Shown here: piece by piece, positions 1 to 10,609 of the stretch | Position numbering within the stretch: the stretch's first letter is position 1 | Layout: each line of letters opens with the position of its first letter | Assembly: GCA_026026165.1 (NCBI GenBank) | Contig: JAPEUD010000094.1 | Location: 62,001-87,481 of the forward strand | From: Sarea resinae | Lineage: Eukaryota | DNA length: 25,481 nt | Direction: 5' to 3' | Position numbers and translations under genes: made by a program | The notes under the pieces: model-generated | What the model was told of the DNA's origin: nothing | The model's database searches: none | The model's input: the letters and a program-made list of their open reading frames with translations, nothing else

Positions 1-3000
1 TTAGACGTATAATTATTATTAAGTTTAGTATTATAAAGCAAGACTATATTTCTAATAGCGAACAGCGTTTAGCAAAGCTAGTGCAAGTCATTAAATAACT
101 CTTTGTTTTCCTGCCTAATCCTTTATAGGTGTAGTTATATGTTCTCTAAGTCCTTTGTATAGCGTTCTAGTTGTTAAGCTTAAAGAGCTAAGAGATTAGT
201 AGTGCTACGCACTAAACCCTAATCTAGTATATGCTATATAGGAAGTCTAAGTTTAATAAAAAGGACAGTATTATAGCTATATAAAACTTTGTATAGTGTT
301 TTGCTAGTGCTAGCACAAACAGTTGTTTGATCTGCCTATAAGACTATAGGAAGGTGTTTAACCTAATTGTTTCTGCTACCTTCTGTTAATTTAGATAAAG
401 CATTAACAATAGAGGTATAGCCTCTTTCTATAAGTCTATTTGCTTAAGAGTGATAAGCAGAGACAACTACATAATTAATCTTGTACTTTTCAGCGAGAAT
501 TTCTACAGCGCGTTTATTCTCTAGACCTTTATCTGTAATAAGCTTTTAGAAACATCTGTATTAACAGATAATATTCTCTTAGAGGAACTTTGCAACTAAT
601 TCTAAGGTTGTATTAGTTAGCGCTCTTGCTTTAACCTATCTAGAGAAATCATTGTAAGCGACTATAATATTTTTCTTCTGATTACACTGCAGCATATAAA
701 TCATGTCTAGTCTGACTTTCTTAAAGTATATAAAGGACTATATAGAGTGTAAAGCTTCTTCTTACTAATTTAGCTTCCTCTATTAACATTCTACACAGCT
801 ATAAACATACTGTGCAATCTTAGAGAATAGCTTAAGCCACTAGTATTTATCTGCAATTCTTTAGTAGGTTCCTTCCTAGCCTCTATATCTACTATTATTA
901 TGCGCTTCTTTAAGGACTTGCTGCTAATCTTGTTCTTTATCTATAACTCTTTAGAGAGGCATGTTTTTTAAGGCTCTTTTAAACAGATAATAGTTGTGTA
1001 CAAGAAATTTAACTGTATAGTTCTTAAAGTGTCGAAATTCCTTGCTATCTATATCTTCTAGACAGTCTAGATATATTAGCTAGCGCGCGATCTGTTCTAA
1101 TTCTTTAGAGTAGAGCCCCTTTTTAAGGATAGATCTAGTATCTCTTTCTACTAATATAGGAAAAACTCTTACAGGATACAGCTTAGCATTAATAACATTG
1201 TTAATATTAGGCTTATTCTCTATCTCTACAAGGTCCTTTGCTGTAGCAGGTCGTTATAATAAGCTATCTGCAGCTCTGTGTTTCTATCTTAGAATATAGC
1301 AAACAGTGAAATTAAACAGTTGTATCTAGGCTAGCTACTGTGTCACTAGCGCTCTAGAGAGGTCTAATACAGGCATGTTAAGCTAGGCTACTAGGGTATT
1401 AGCGTCAGATTTAACTGTAAATGCTTGTCTATATAAATAGACTTAGACCTTCTTAAGAGCTTTAAGTAGGCCTTAACATTCTTGCTTTCTAGCATTGTAT
1501 TTTGTTTCTATATTATTCTATAGCCTACTTTTAAAGCAAATTAGATGTTGTTTTCTAGTGTAGAGGTTGATTTGCATAAGCACTACTCCTTAGCCTAATA
1601 GGCTTATGTTAACAGCTAGAATAATCTCTTCTCTATCTAGTTTATAGACTATAGTAATAAGGGCAGGTGCTGTTATTAGAGTATACTTAAGCAGGTCTAT
1701 TGCAAGGATCTAATCCTATCCCTAGATAAAATCAGCATCTTTCTTAAAAAGGATAAAAATTAGCCTGGCTATAATCGCGAAGTCCTTAATAAAGATCTAG
1801 TAGTAGACGCAAATCCTAATAAAGGCATATACCTCTGTAATATTTTTGCATTCTAGCTATTCCACAATTTTTAGGACTTTTATGCTATTAGAGTGCCTGC
1901 TATCTAAGTTGTATATGTATCTAACTATTTTTATACCGCCTATGCTAAATTGTGACTTTTTACTAGACACTATGTATCCTAATCGTTTAATGTCAGCTAG
2001 GACCTTATCTAGTGCCTGAATATGTTCTGCTATAAAGCGCCTTATACTAGGTAGGATCTCCTTATTGTTGTAATTTGTCTTTAGCCCTTTTACACTAATA
2101 TTGTTAAGGAACAGCCTAGCTAGTCTTAGTATATAGTCGGCTAAGATTTTAGTAACAATCCTTACAAACTATGCTACTAAGTTAGTTGCCTCTTATAGTA
2201 AGGTAGTCTGATGTAGCAGGCTAAGTAGTGTTATAAACGCGGTCAAATCTTAGCAATGCTTTACTAACTCGATTTAGTTGTATCTAGAGAAGAAATTAAT
2301 TAAGAAGGCTACCTGTATTCCTGCAAATTCCTCTGAAAACTCCTCTACTAATAGTAGGAGGTTTGTATCTTATATTGTAACCTTGTTAATTGCTATTGCT
2401 GTATTTACTATGCGATATTTTCTGGATTTCTTCTTTATTAGGAACTAGAGGTTTTAGTAAGGCCTATAGCAGGGTTTAAGGAGACTACTCTTAAGCCTTT
2501 CTTAAAGCATCTTAATAATTGTTTTAGTTAGTGCCTGCAGAACTAAGAAGCTGCTCGCCTGCTATACCTTATATAGAATAGTTTAGATCTCTTATAAAGG
2601 CGCAACCTTAGGACAAACCCTTCTAATTTCTAAGAACTCCTATACTAGTGCCTTTTTACAATTATAAAGCATAGCAGTTAGTATCTCCTTTTCTTAGTCA
2701 GTTATATTATCGCTGACAATTATCTTTCCTAGTCGCTTTAAGGTGAGTCTTATTCTTTATAGAAGGTCTAAAAACTTCTTAATTAATAGGGTGTTAAAAT
2801 CCTAAGCTTCTTAGCCTAACTTGTCTCCTTAAGGCTTCTTTAGCTCGTTCTAATCAGCTTTCTTTACAGCCTTTTTCTAATCCCTTACTCCTTCTAGCGT
2901 GCTCCTATCTAAGGTTAACTAATTAACTAGTTTCACCTTTACCTCTTTCTTCTTATACAATGTTTCTACACAAACAGAGTCTTTCCTAGGTCCTAGGTTA

Positions 3001-6000
3001 TATTTAGGATCTAGCATTCTTTTTAACATCTAAAATGTCTTCCTTTCTATTACCTTTAGCGCCTAGAATTGTCTGATCAGGCTCTTTAACTTCTAGTTAG
3101 TCTAGGAGTTTATGTCTAGACTTTGCAACATTTCTAAAGGCTTCTCTATTCGCGTCACTCTTTCTATTAAGTCTTCTTCTTTCGCGTCTTTCACAACTAA
3201 TTGTATAGGCGCTACAGACACCTGCTTAAGGTAGTGCCTGCTACCTAGTTTTTTAAATAGTTAAGAAACATATTGTTATACGCATAGTCTAAAGTGCTCT
3301 CTATCTAAGCAGCGCTAAATATTCTTAACCTCTTCTAGTCCTTAGAGAAGACAGTATATATAGTTGTCCTATCTTCTCTAACCTCTATTCTTATCTAGGA
3401 TGCAATCTAGTACAGCTATCTAAGAATAAGCAGTTGATTAGAATAATTAGCGATAAAGATTAGCACCTATATAATAACCTCTCTAACTTTAACTTTAACT
3501 GCTTCTATATATCTAACAAATGCTGTAGGTTTTCTATTAATGCTAACTATAGTAGTAGCTAGATTTTGAGTCTAGCTAATACTAATATTCTGTGCTATCT
3601 TAAGACTTATTAGACAGATCTTAGCTCTACTATCTAGGAAGGCCTTAGTCTATAGACTCCTTTCTATACTTATATCCGCTATTATACAGCCTGCTACATA
3701 CAGCACATCCTTTGTTAGTTCCTAATCCTAATAATTTAGGCTAGACACCTTTCTAACTATTACTAGTCTTTAAGAGGCATTCTCTTTTAGGTCTTATAAC
3801 CTGTTTTCCTTACTTCTAGACAGCGATTAATATGTTGCTTTAATCTAGTCTTCTGCTAGCTGTTTAAAGAAAATCTTTTAGACGTCTAGAGAACATCCTA
3901 AGAGCTCTTAAACAGTTATATATGCTAGCAGTTAATTAAGGATCCTTCTAACTAGTCCTATAGGATTTGATTCTTCTTTTAGCACATCTAATAGTCGCCT
4001 TTACCTTTGCTTCTTATTTAATACTTAATCTATTTCTATCTCCTCTAGGACTTTAAACTTTACCTCTTTTAAAGTCCTAGACAGTCTAGATATTTGTCGA
4101 TCTTTATCTGTCCTTATATATATAATATCTCTCTCCTTAGTATACTAGTTTCTCTAATAGGTTCCTAGACAGATGTTCTTTGCAGCTAAGAGTTTGTCTT
4201 CTTTTACAATCCTCTGTTTCTATACTCTACTCTAAGGGTTAAGAACCTTTCTACTTTAAGTAGAGTCTAATCTGCATCTTAAAATCTTCTCTAGTTAACG
4301 TGCTACCTAAACTAAGGCAGGGTTTTCACTGTCTTCTACCTCTTTATTAGTATTATTAGCTTGCAGGTCTCTTGCACTAATAGAGGCGATATAAATAGAG
4401 TTGACTCTAATTTCTTCTTTGCGCTAATTGTACTACTTCTTATATTCTCGCTTAGCAAACACAGCGTGATATTCTCCTCTAGGAATCCTTAATTTAGGTC
4501 TACTGCTTTCTTTAGGTCCTAGGCACATTCTGTTTCGCTTGTTAAAGTAGATTTTAGAATAGGCAAGTAACTATCTAATTATAGAGCAATTAGCAACGCT
4601 ATAGTTAGTTCTTCTACACCCCTAACATCCTAGTATAGGTAATTTGCTATTGTTCCTAGCTGAGGCTACTGCAGCACTAGGTGCTAGTTAAGCATTTGCT
4701 AGTCTATTCTGTGTCGCGCCTTAGTTCTACAATATAGGTAGAGAGGCAAGCAGCTTAGCTGTTATTATTGCATTCTTATTTGCTACTTTAACTAGTAGGA
4801 TAAGATTTGCAAGCTAGGTAGTAATATCCTTAATAGCCTTGTTAGTCTTAGCAGCAGTAGTTGTCTAAGTTAGCTTAGAAGTCACTAGAGGCTTAAGTAA
4901 CTTAGCAGAGTTAGTCTTTAGAGTAGGCTTCTAGTTCTTAATTAACAGTTATACTGTCTTAGTTAGTTCCTTTTCGTTAAGCTTTTAAAGGGCCTAGATA
5001 GATTTGCATTGTTTAATAGCAAGGTTATATACTTTCTTAAAGTCGAAGTTAGCAATGCTGTATTTGTTAAGGTTAATATAACTGCAAGAGATAACTTTAG
5101 CTTGTATAGTCTCTAGAAGACCTTATAGAAACTAGAGGAGGTAAGAGTATCTATTAAGTTTTTTTCTTCTAGATAAGACTGTAAGAGATGCTTATAAACT
5201 AGCAGCAGTAATAGCGAATTTCCTTAGCTATCTTCTAGGCTCTAGTTCTATTCTTTAAAGCTTTAAGATAGGTATAAGAGTTAATCTGCTGCTCTATATC
5301 CTAATCAGCATATTCCTACAGCAAGGACTTTTTAAATTCTTCCTAGTCAGTTTTAAATTCCAGCATTATCTTAATGTTCCTTGCAATAATACTCTTATAG
5401 TAGTATAGCAGCCTCTTAAACGCTTTCTCTGCGCTAAGCTAGTAGTCTATACACATTCCTTTGTATCGCTTAAGAAACTTAGTAGCATTGACTCTAGTGA
5501 AATAAGGCACGCTATAACTTCTAGGAGAGGGCATAGGCTGTATATATTAAGGGCTAGAAGACTCTACAGTGCTTTCTCCTAATAGAGTAGGTATTGCTAG
5601 AGTTAACCTTATAATAAGACTTGCGTTTAAGCTAGTAAATAATAAAGACATAGCGGCGATAATAGCTAGTGTAAGAATTCTTATAGTTTCTTAAATAATC
5701 TAAAGAATAACTTTTTTTAATATGTAGTAGCAACTTTTTCTTCTTATCCTCTTCTTCTCTTAGGAAGTCTCTCTCTCTACTCTCTGCTATCGCTATTTAT
5801 TTGTGTTGTTTTGTTAGGGGTACCTCTCTACCTTAGAGAGGTTTGTATAAGAACTCTGCTTACTTGTTTGCTAATAACAGCAAAGAACTTATCTAATCTA
5901 TTAACGTTGTATTATGTTGTTCAGCTTCTTATTTAGTTATAGAGTTAAGTTCTACAATAAGTCTAGGTTGTTGTGTAACTATTAGACTGTCTAGAAGTTT

Positions 6001-6100
6001 GCTAAGAGTGCAATCTCTAATCTAAATCTAAAGCACTCCTTCTCTAATTTATAGGGTCTCTAGCAGCCCTATCTAAATAGCTTTGACTAATCTAATCTGT
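1..6100 (-). pseudogene. Degenerate gag-pol of the Gypsy element (5' boundary approximate)
   Basis: Zinc knuckle C*GCRRTNYSVANC (CX2CX4HX4C relic) 4586-4627. Protease AFLDSRAKIC (D-S-G relic) 3626-3634. RT PY*NL*FLIKKKSRKYRIVN...EEFSEEFAG...DLTAFIT...ATNLVA*FVRIV...FLNN (FLDD relic, 2100-2111). RNase H KQEC*GLLKALKK...FTVKSDA ~1400-1490. Integrase YVYSCVEC ~787-810 and VKHLPIVL*ADQTTV ~315-362. Confidence 0.92.
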
Positions 6101-6204
6101 TTAGCAGTTAATAGTATTAATGTCTTATCTTCCTTACTAATATATCACTCTTTCTAATTCAATATGCTGTTTTAATCTATATTGTTATATACTTAGTAGC
6201 ATTA

Positions 6205-6256
6205 CACTTAACTGCAAATCAAGTGGTTGCAGGTTTAAGCCCTGCGTAGGTCACTA
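6205..6256 (+). other. tRNA-derived extended primer-binding site (3' two-thirds of a tRNA, Trp-like 3' end, loop reads GCA); not a functional tRNA gene
   Basis: Anticodon arm CACTT(A)A-CTGCAAA-TCAAGTG, 5-nt variable loop, T-arm GCAGG-TTTAAGC-CCTGC (RIP form of TTCGAGC), then acceptor 3' strand GTAGGTC-A-CTA (CCA relic). It ends 1 nt before the LTR. No 5' acceptor strand is visible. Confidence 0.8.
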
Positions 6257-6257
6257 A

Positions 6258-6681
6258 TATAGAGGGACAAAATAGACGCACTAAATCAGTGCTAAAGCAG
6301 AACACCTAGACAGTCCTAATAACTCCTTATATAGTTAATAAGATAGCTATAACAACTACTTAACAACCTACTACTAAGGTATAATTAGTGGAATAGCATA
6401 AAGCAGAGGGATTAGAAGGTAACTGCTTCTCTAGGAAAGAAGTAGTAGGAGAACTCTTAATTAATTGATTTAACTAAGGAATAAAGAACTGCACTACACT
6501 CTCTAGAAACATAAAGATCTAACTAAACTAAACTGTGTAAATAACCTCCTAAACACAAATCCTCCTACCTATTACTAAATTGACTCCTATACTAAAGAAC
6601 ACCTATATAACTGCTAACTAAGCTAAACCTAACTGATTTATCCTATAACAGCGCTATTATATCTCTAGCGTTCTACCTACA
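6258..6681 (-). repeat. 5' LTR of the minus-strand Gypsy element (outer end 6681; alternative 6650)
   Basis: Directly abuts the PBS. Termini are TATAG (RIP form of TGTAG) at 6258 and CTACA at 6677-6681, a 5-bp TG...CA inverted terminus. The partner LTR is outside the window. Confidence 0.65.
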
Positions 6682-7870
6682 ACTTACAGCAAACTAGAGG
6701 ATATTATTAAGGCTTTTAACGCTATCTGCAAGTCGTTCTATTACTACAGCTATATAGAGAGCGTTGTTAGATAAGTGCTTATTAGTAGCGTTTATATAGG
6801 CTTTAACCTAGCGAGTAAATTGCCTTTGTAAGTTGTAGAGCATAGCAGCTAATAGCTTCTTAGCAGAGTTATTATTAGCGTAGCTAACTACTATATTCGC
6901 TGCCTTAGTAAGCTAGTTTAGGCGCTTATAGAAGACTATTAGCACCTTTAGCACACTAGGTTAGAGCTTAGCTAGCACTATATAGGAGTCACTCACCTAA
7001 CTACACTTCTTATACAACTAAGTATATTAAGTGCACTTTGTAGCTAATAAGGGCTTTGTACAGACAATATCTAGTGTAGACCTAATAACTTTAGTGTAGC
7101 AAAGGCAAACATCTTAATTTAGTCCTATAGGCTTTTAGAGGGCAGTAGCAGGCTAGTTTATATATAGTAAAGAGGTGGTAAAGCGTCTAGCGTTTATAAT
7201 AGGTAGATAGAGCATATAGAATGTACTTAAAAACGTAGTGCAAAAAGTTTAATTATATGTGTATATAGTAGACTACCTATGTTTTATACCTACACACCTA
7301 TAGCTAAGCAATCTCTAGGCGATAGAAAGAATACCTAATGCAGATAATTTAAAGCATTTACTTTGTTTATTTACTGCTACTACTCTAGCATAATGTTAGT
7401 AAACTAAGTAAACTAGATAAAGAACTCTCTTTATTATTAATACTAATTCACTGTTTGCAGCAAACACTAACGCCACTAAGTCGCTAGCAAGACAAAGACT
7501 TAACACTATAACGTTATACATTGTAAACAAAGGACCTAGAGGACTAGGCCCTAGAAGAGGAGGTAATTATAAGGGCCACTATTAATAGAGGTGCTGTATG
7601 CGGCTCGGCGTAGCGCAGGGTAACCACCTGGTGTGGTCTGGCAACGTTCGAGTAAGCCAAGCGGGGTCATCATTTATATAGATCAATAGGGGCGCTGGCT
7701 ATTAGGGCCAGCGTTCAGTGCAATTACAAAGTCAGTGCCTACTAGCAATATCAATCGTATCAGTTCCGCACCACCAGGGTGACGCCAGCATGCCGCAGCG
7801 TACTAGCCTATTCGATCGTGCTATTCCTACCTACTCTACCATAGCTAGAAGTCCAGGAGGCGAGCTGACA
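6682..7870 (+). mobile_element. 3' end of a second, plus-strand LTR retrotransposon (3' internal region, PPT, 3' LTR; right boundary uncertain)
   Basis: Purine tract AGAAGAGGAGG 7553-7563, then TAAT, then TATAAGGG at 7568 (RIP form of TGTAAGGG). The LTR-like body has TTTATATA ~7673-7680 and a CGCTGGC/GCCAGCG hairpin ~7693-7713. Confidence 0.55.
6688..7197 (-). pseudogene. RIP-damaged spliced gene for a small Zn2Cys6-like protein, antisense within an LTR element 3' region
   Basis: Reads DVCLCYTKVIRSTLDIVCTKPLLATKCT*YT*LYKKCS*. Restoring TAC/TAT to TGC/TGT gives C-X2-C-X11-C-X8-C-X2-C-X6-C (7003-7107). Intron 6946-6996 is GTGAGT...CTAAC...AG. An 86-codon second exon (6945-6688) follows, then a GTAAGT donor cut by the LTR. 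Start is approximate. Confidence 0.7.
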
Positions 7871-7887
7871 GCATGCCGGTAGCTGAT

Positions 7888-8088
7888 TGTTTCAGCTTCG
7901 CGCGCGGCATGAAATTTCGCATTATCAAGCGCAAGGTTTTGCTGAGGAACCCTGCAAGCAAACGGGCACATATGATCCTGGGAGGAAGGTCGTTTATTCC
8001 GAGTCGTCGTTCCGCGAGCATATACAGTATGCAGTTGCTATCACTTAAAATCATGCCAGTTTTTCATGCCGCGCGCGAAGCTGAAACA
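7888..8088. mobile_element. MITE-like 201-bp element with perfect 27-bp terminal inverted repeats
   Basis: TGTTTCAGCTTCGCGCGCGGCATGAAA (7888-7914) is the exact reverse complement of 8062-8088. Ends are TG...CA. No target-site duplication is evident. Confidence 0.7.
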
Positions 8089-8382
8089 GACAGGCGAGCC
8101 ACACCCGGACCGCACGGCTGAGTAGGTAGCATTGGGTCCAGACCTGCCACTGACGCCGTATCCTTTGCAGCCAGTCGACATTTCATTTTCTATGTTAGTA
8201 TTTCCTCAGGCACCCTCGCACAGCATTCTCCAACTTCCTCAGCCCGAACGCCACACCTACACATTTCCAACATTCTATTCATCCACCTTCTGACCTCTTT
8301 ACCCTCCTCCTGTTTTCTTGCACTCGAGCTCATTCCCCTCTGTTTTCAACCACGACGTTGCACTCAATTATTGCACTTTACC

Positions 8383-9213
8383 ATGTTTCTCTCGGTCATC
8401 TACGTGCTATGCGCCGTGGCAGTAGCGAGAGCGGTCGAGGAAGGTCGACAACATCCTCTGGTGCACGGAAATCCAAGTGGCCCTGGAGACATGCCCGGCG
8501 GTTCAATTGTCAGATTGTGTCCGGAATCAAGCGACACCGATGTCCTGGCGATCGAGCGCATTGTCAACAGCCCCCAGGTACCTATTTTGTATGTCTTAAC
8601 AACAATCTGACCGTCTGCTTAAGTTTGATTTCTGACCTGATTGGAGTGTTCAGGAACCAAGAAGAAGATGTTTTTATTTGGGGTGATTATTACTATTATT
8701 ATTGTTCCACCGTTTTTAAGATCAGCTTGAGCATCTCACCTGACTAACGTCTATGTCATTATGCAGGCAACTTGACCCGCGACATCTCAAGATACTCAAC
8801 CGTCGATTATCAGATCAATGTGACCGCAAACACTGGAGACTTTGGCGCGCTCAATAGCACATTCCACATCTGTGATTATCTCGAGAAGATGCACCAGCCT
8901 CCTGATTCGGACGAACCCGAAAAAGCATGTCCCCCGAGTGAAGGACCCATATTTATTGATTACGCATTTTGGTTTGCGGACTGGCTGGTCGCTCCTGTAT
9001 GCATTTGATGACTATTTTTGAACCTGAACGGCGGCTCACGGCTTTGTATAGGGACAGTGGAGCGTCCGATTTGACGCTAAGACCCCAGAGGGAGACAGGA
9101 TCTATTGCTTTCAAACAGAATTCGATCTCCAATGTCCTCCAGAACATGACGGTCCAGAGTGTTTGCGCAACACATCTGACACACTCAAGATCAGCTGGAT
9201 GCTGCAAGATTAA
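8383..9213 (+). CDS. Secreted ML-domain (MD-2/NPC2/PG-PI transfer protein-like) lipid-binding protein, ~208 aa
   Basis: Exons 8383-8588, 8654-8682, 8767-8996, 9052-9213, joined by GT-AG introns in consistent phase. Hydrophobic signal peptide. ML-type pattern MPGGS..C..SSDTDVLAI..I..SP / ICDY / CPP..G / PGQWSVRFDA...G.RIYCF. Confidence 0.8.
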
Positions 9214-9764
9214 ATGGATGATCAGATCGGGTGAAGGCTTTGAGTGGCGGAGGTGGCTGGCCTTTCGAGTTCATTTTCGAACATCGAAGTAGCAACTTTT
9301 GATTCTGAAATCAAACATATATAATGTTTTCAAAGCCTCCTGGAATGGACACCAGACCAGACCCGCTGGCCTGCAGTGCGGAATATGCATTACGGAGTCG
9401 CGGCCAAAAGTCTTGCAACACGCCCACAGCAACCAGGTCACAGGACCTCCAATGAGCTTTCAGGGTATTTGTGCGTCATAATTTTGCGAGCCACCCAGCG
9501 CCCAGGCGTCCTTTGGGGGCCCCATACAGTGGCTCTAGCGGCCTTTACAGAAACCCGTTGCAAGACTTATGGCCACGACCTCCGTACAGCTTCTGTGTCG
9601 ATGTCGGTGTCGGTGTTGGATATTACGAGTGCATGCTCTGCCACTCCTTTTGCCCGGCTGGACCAGTCAAGAAAGTGCCTTAGTGTGACATAGTTGATGT
9701 CTTCCTATCTGTGCTACGAACTGGATGCGTGTTAGTGATGTACAATTAAAGTTATTGGTCACAG

Positions 9765-10030
9765 GAGTTATAGTTTTTTAGTATAGTTTTACTATCTAGT
9801 TATCTACTCTATAGATACACTTCAAATATAGAACTAATGTACAGTAAGCTGTGGAATCTATAAATTGCTATTAGTTCTACTAAGGTCAAAATTTTTATTA
9901 TTATTATGTTTTTAATGTACAGTCTAGTATATAGGTAAACCTCTTCCTACATAAGCTAAAAAGACTGCTATCCGGCTCGTCTAAGTTATAGTTCTTTGCC
10001 TACTATATAGTGTAGAGTTCCTTTTAAGAG
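9765..10030. repeat. Short AT-rich RIP-type remnant, unclassified
   Basis: Abrupt TpA-rich patch within GC-balanced DNA. It contains a 10-bp inverted pair TAGAACTAAT/ATTAGTTCTA (~9829-9879). Confidence 0.5.
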
Positions 10031-10609
10031 CTATCCGCCGTCTTGTCTTTCAGCCGGTCTACGCATGGTAGGCGAAAACGAATCTCTTGTTCCTGTACCG
10101 AATAGCAGCAGCGATAACTTTGGCGAGGAGAGCTAGATGGGGAAGGAGCAGGTGATGGCGAGGTTGATGGCCGCGGACCTAAGAACGGGTTGCAGTATCA
10201 GTTGCTGACAGCTCCGCGCCGTAGGAGTGCTGTCTCTAGTAGTGAAGACGAGAATCTAAAAGATGCCAACCGAGATTCATCTCGGCATGCAAGTCAAGGC
10301 ATAATCTCCAAAAGCCGATTCGACATAGTAGAGAATGGCCGACTCCTGGTCCGCGTTCTCAAAGATCAGAAACGTCTCACGTCGACGGCCCCAGTCAGAA
10401 AAGACCGCAATACCAAAAGGCCAACTGCCTTCACCGGCGCCTTCTGCATGATCCGTGTTATAATGAACTACCAATTTTGCTGACATTGAGCGGCTGATAC
10501 ACCACAGATAACTTGATAGTATGTTATGGCCCATTTACATACTAGTGACACCACTCCAAAATTGTGCGGCGTCAGCAGGATAATTGGTGAAGAAGGTGGA
10601 CTGATCTCG

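Larger units (their letters stand above)
1..6681 (-). mobile_element. RIP-inactivated Ty3/Gypsy LTR retrotransposon (Ylt1-like RT motifs); 3' part runs off the window start
   Basis: Manual minus-strand translation gives the Gypsy order gag-PR-RT-RH-IN, with a PBS and LTR at the right end. The sequence is AT-rich and TpA-enriched, with many TAG/TAA stops explainable by C>T and G>A changes. Confidence 0.95.

Noticed and set aside
6190..6256. Functional tRNA-Cys(GCA) gene
   Set aside because: There is no 5' acceptor strand, the T-loop is mutated, the CCA relic is encoded and it abuts an LTR. It is better explained as a PBS.
7845..8121. ORFs 7845-8054 (-) and 7873-8121 (+)
   Set aside because: They span the TIR element and show no recognisable protein features.
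9299..9693. Short overlapping plus-strand ORFs downstream of the ML gene
   Set aside because: No motifs or coherent splice structure; likely 3' UTR or intergenic.
10040..10534. ORFs 10190-10483 (+) and 10277-10534 (-)
   Set aside because: No recognisable domain, and upstream frames are closed by stops. A gene relic cannot be excluded but is unsupported.
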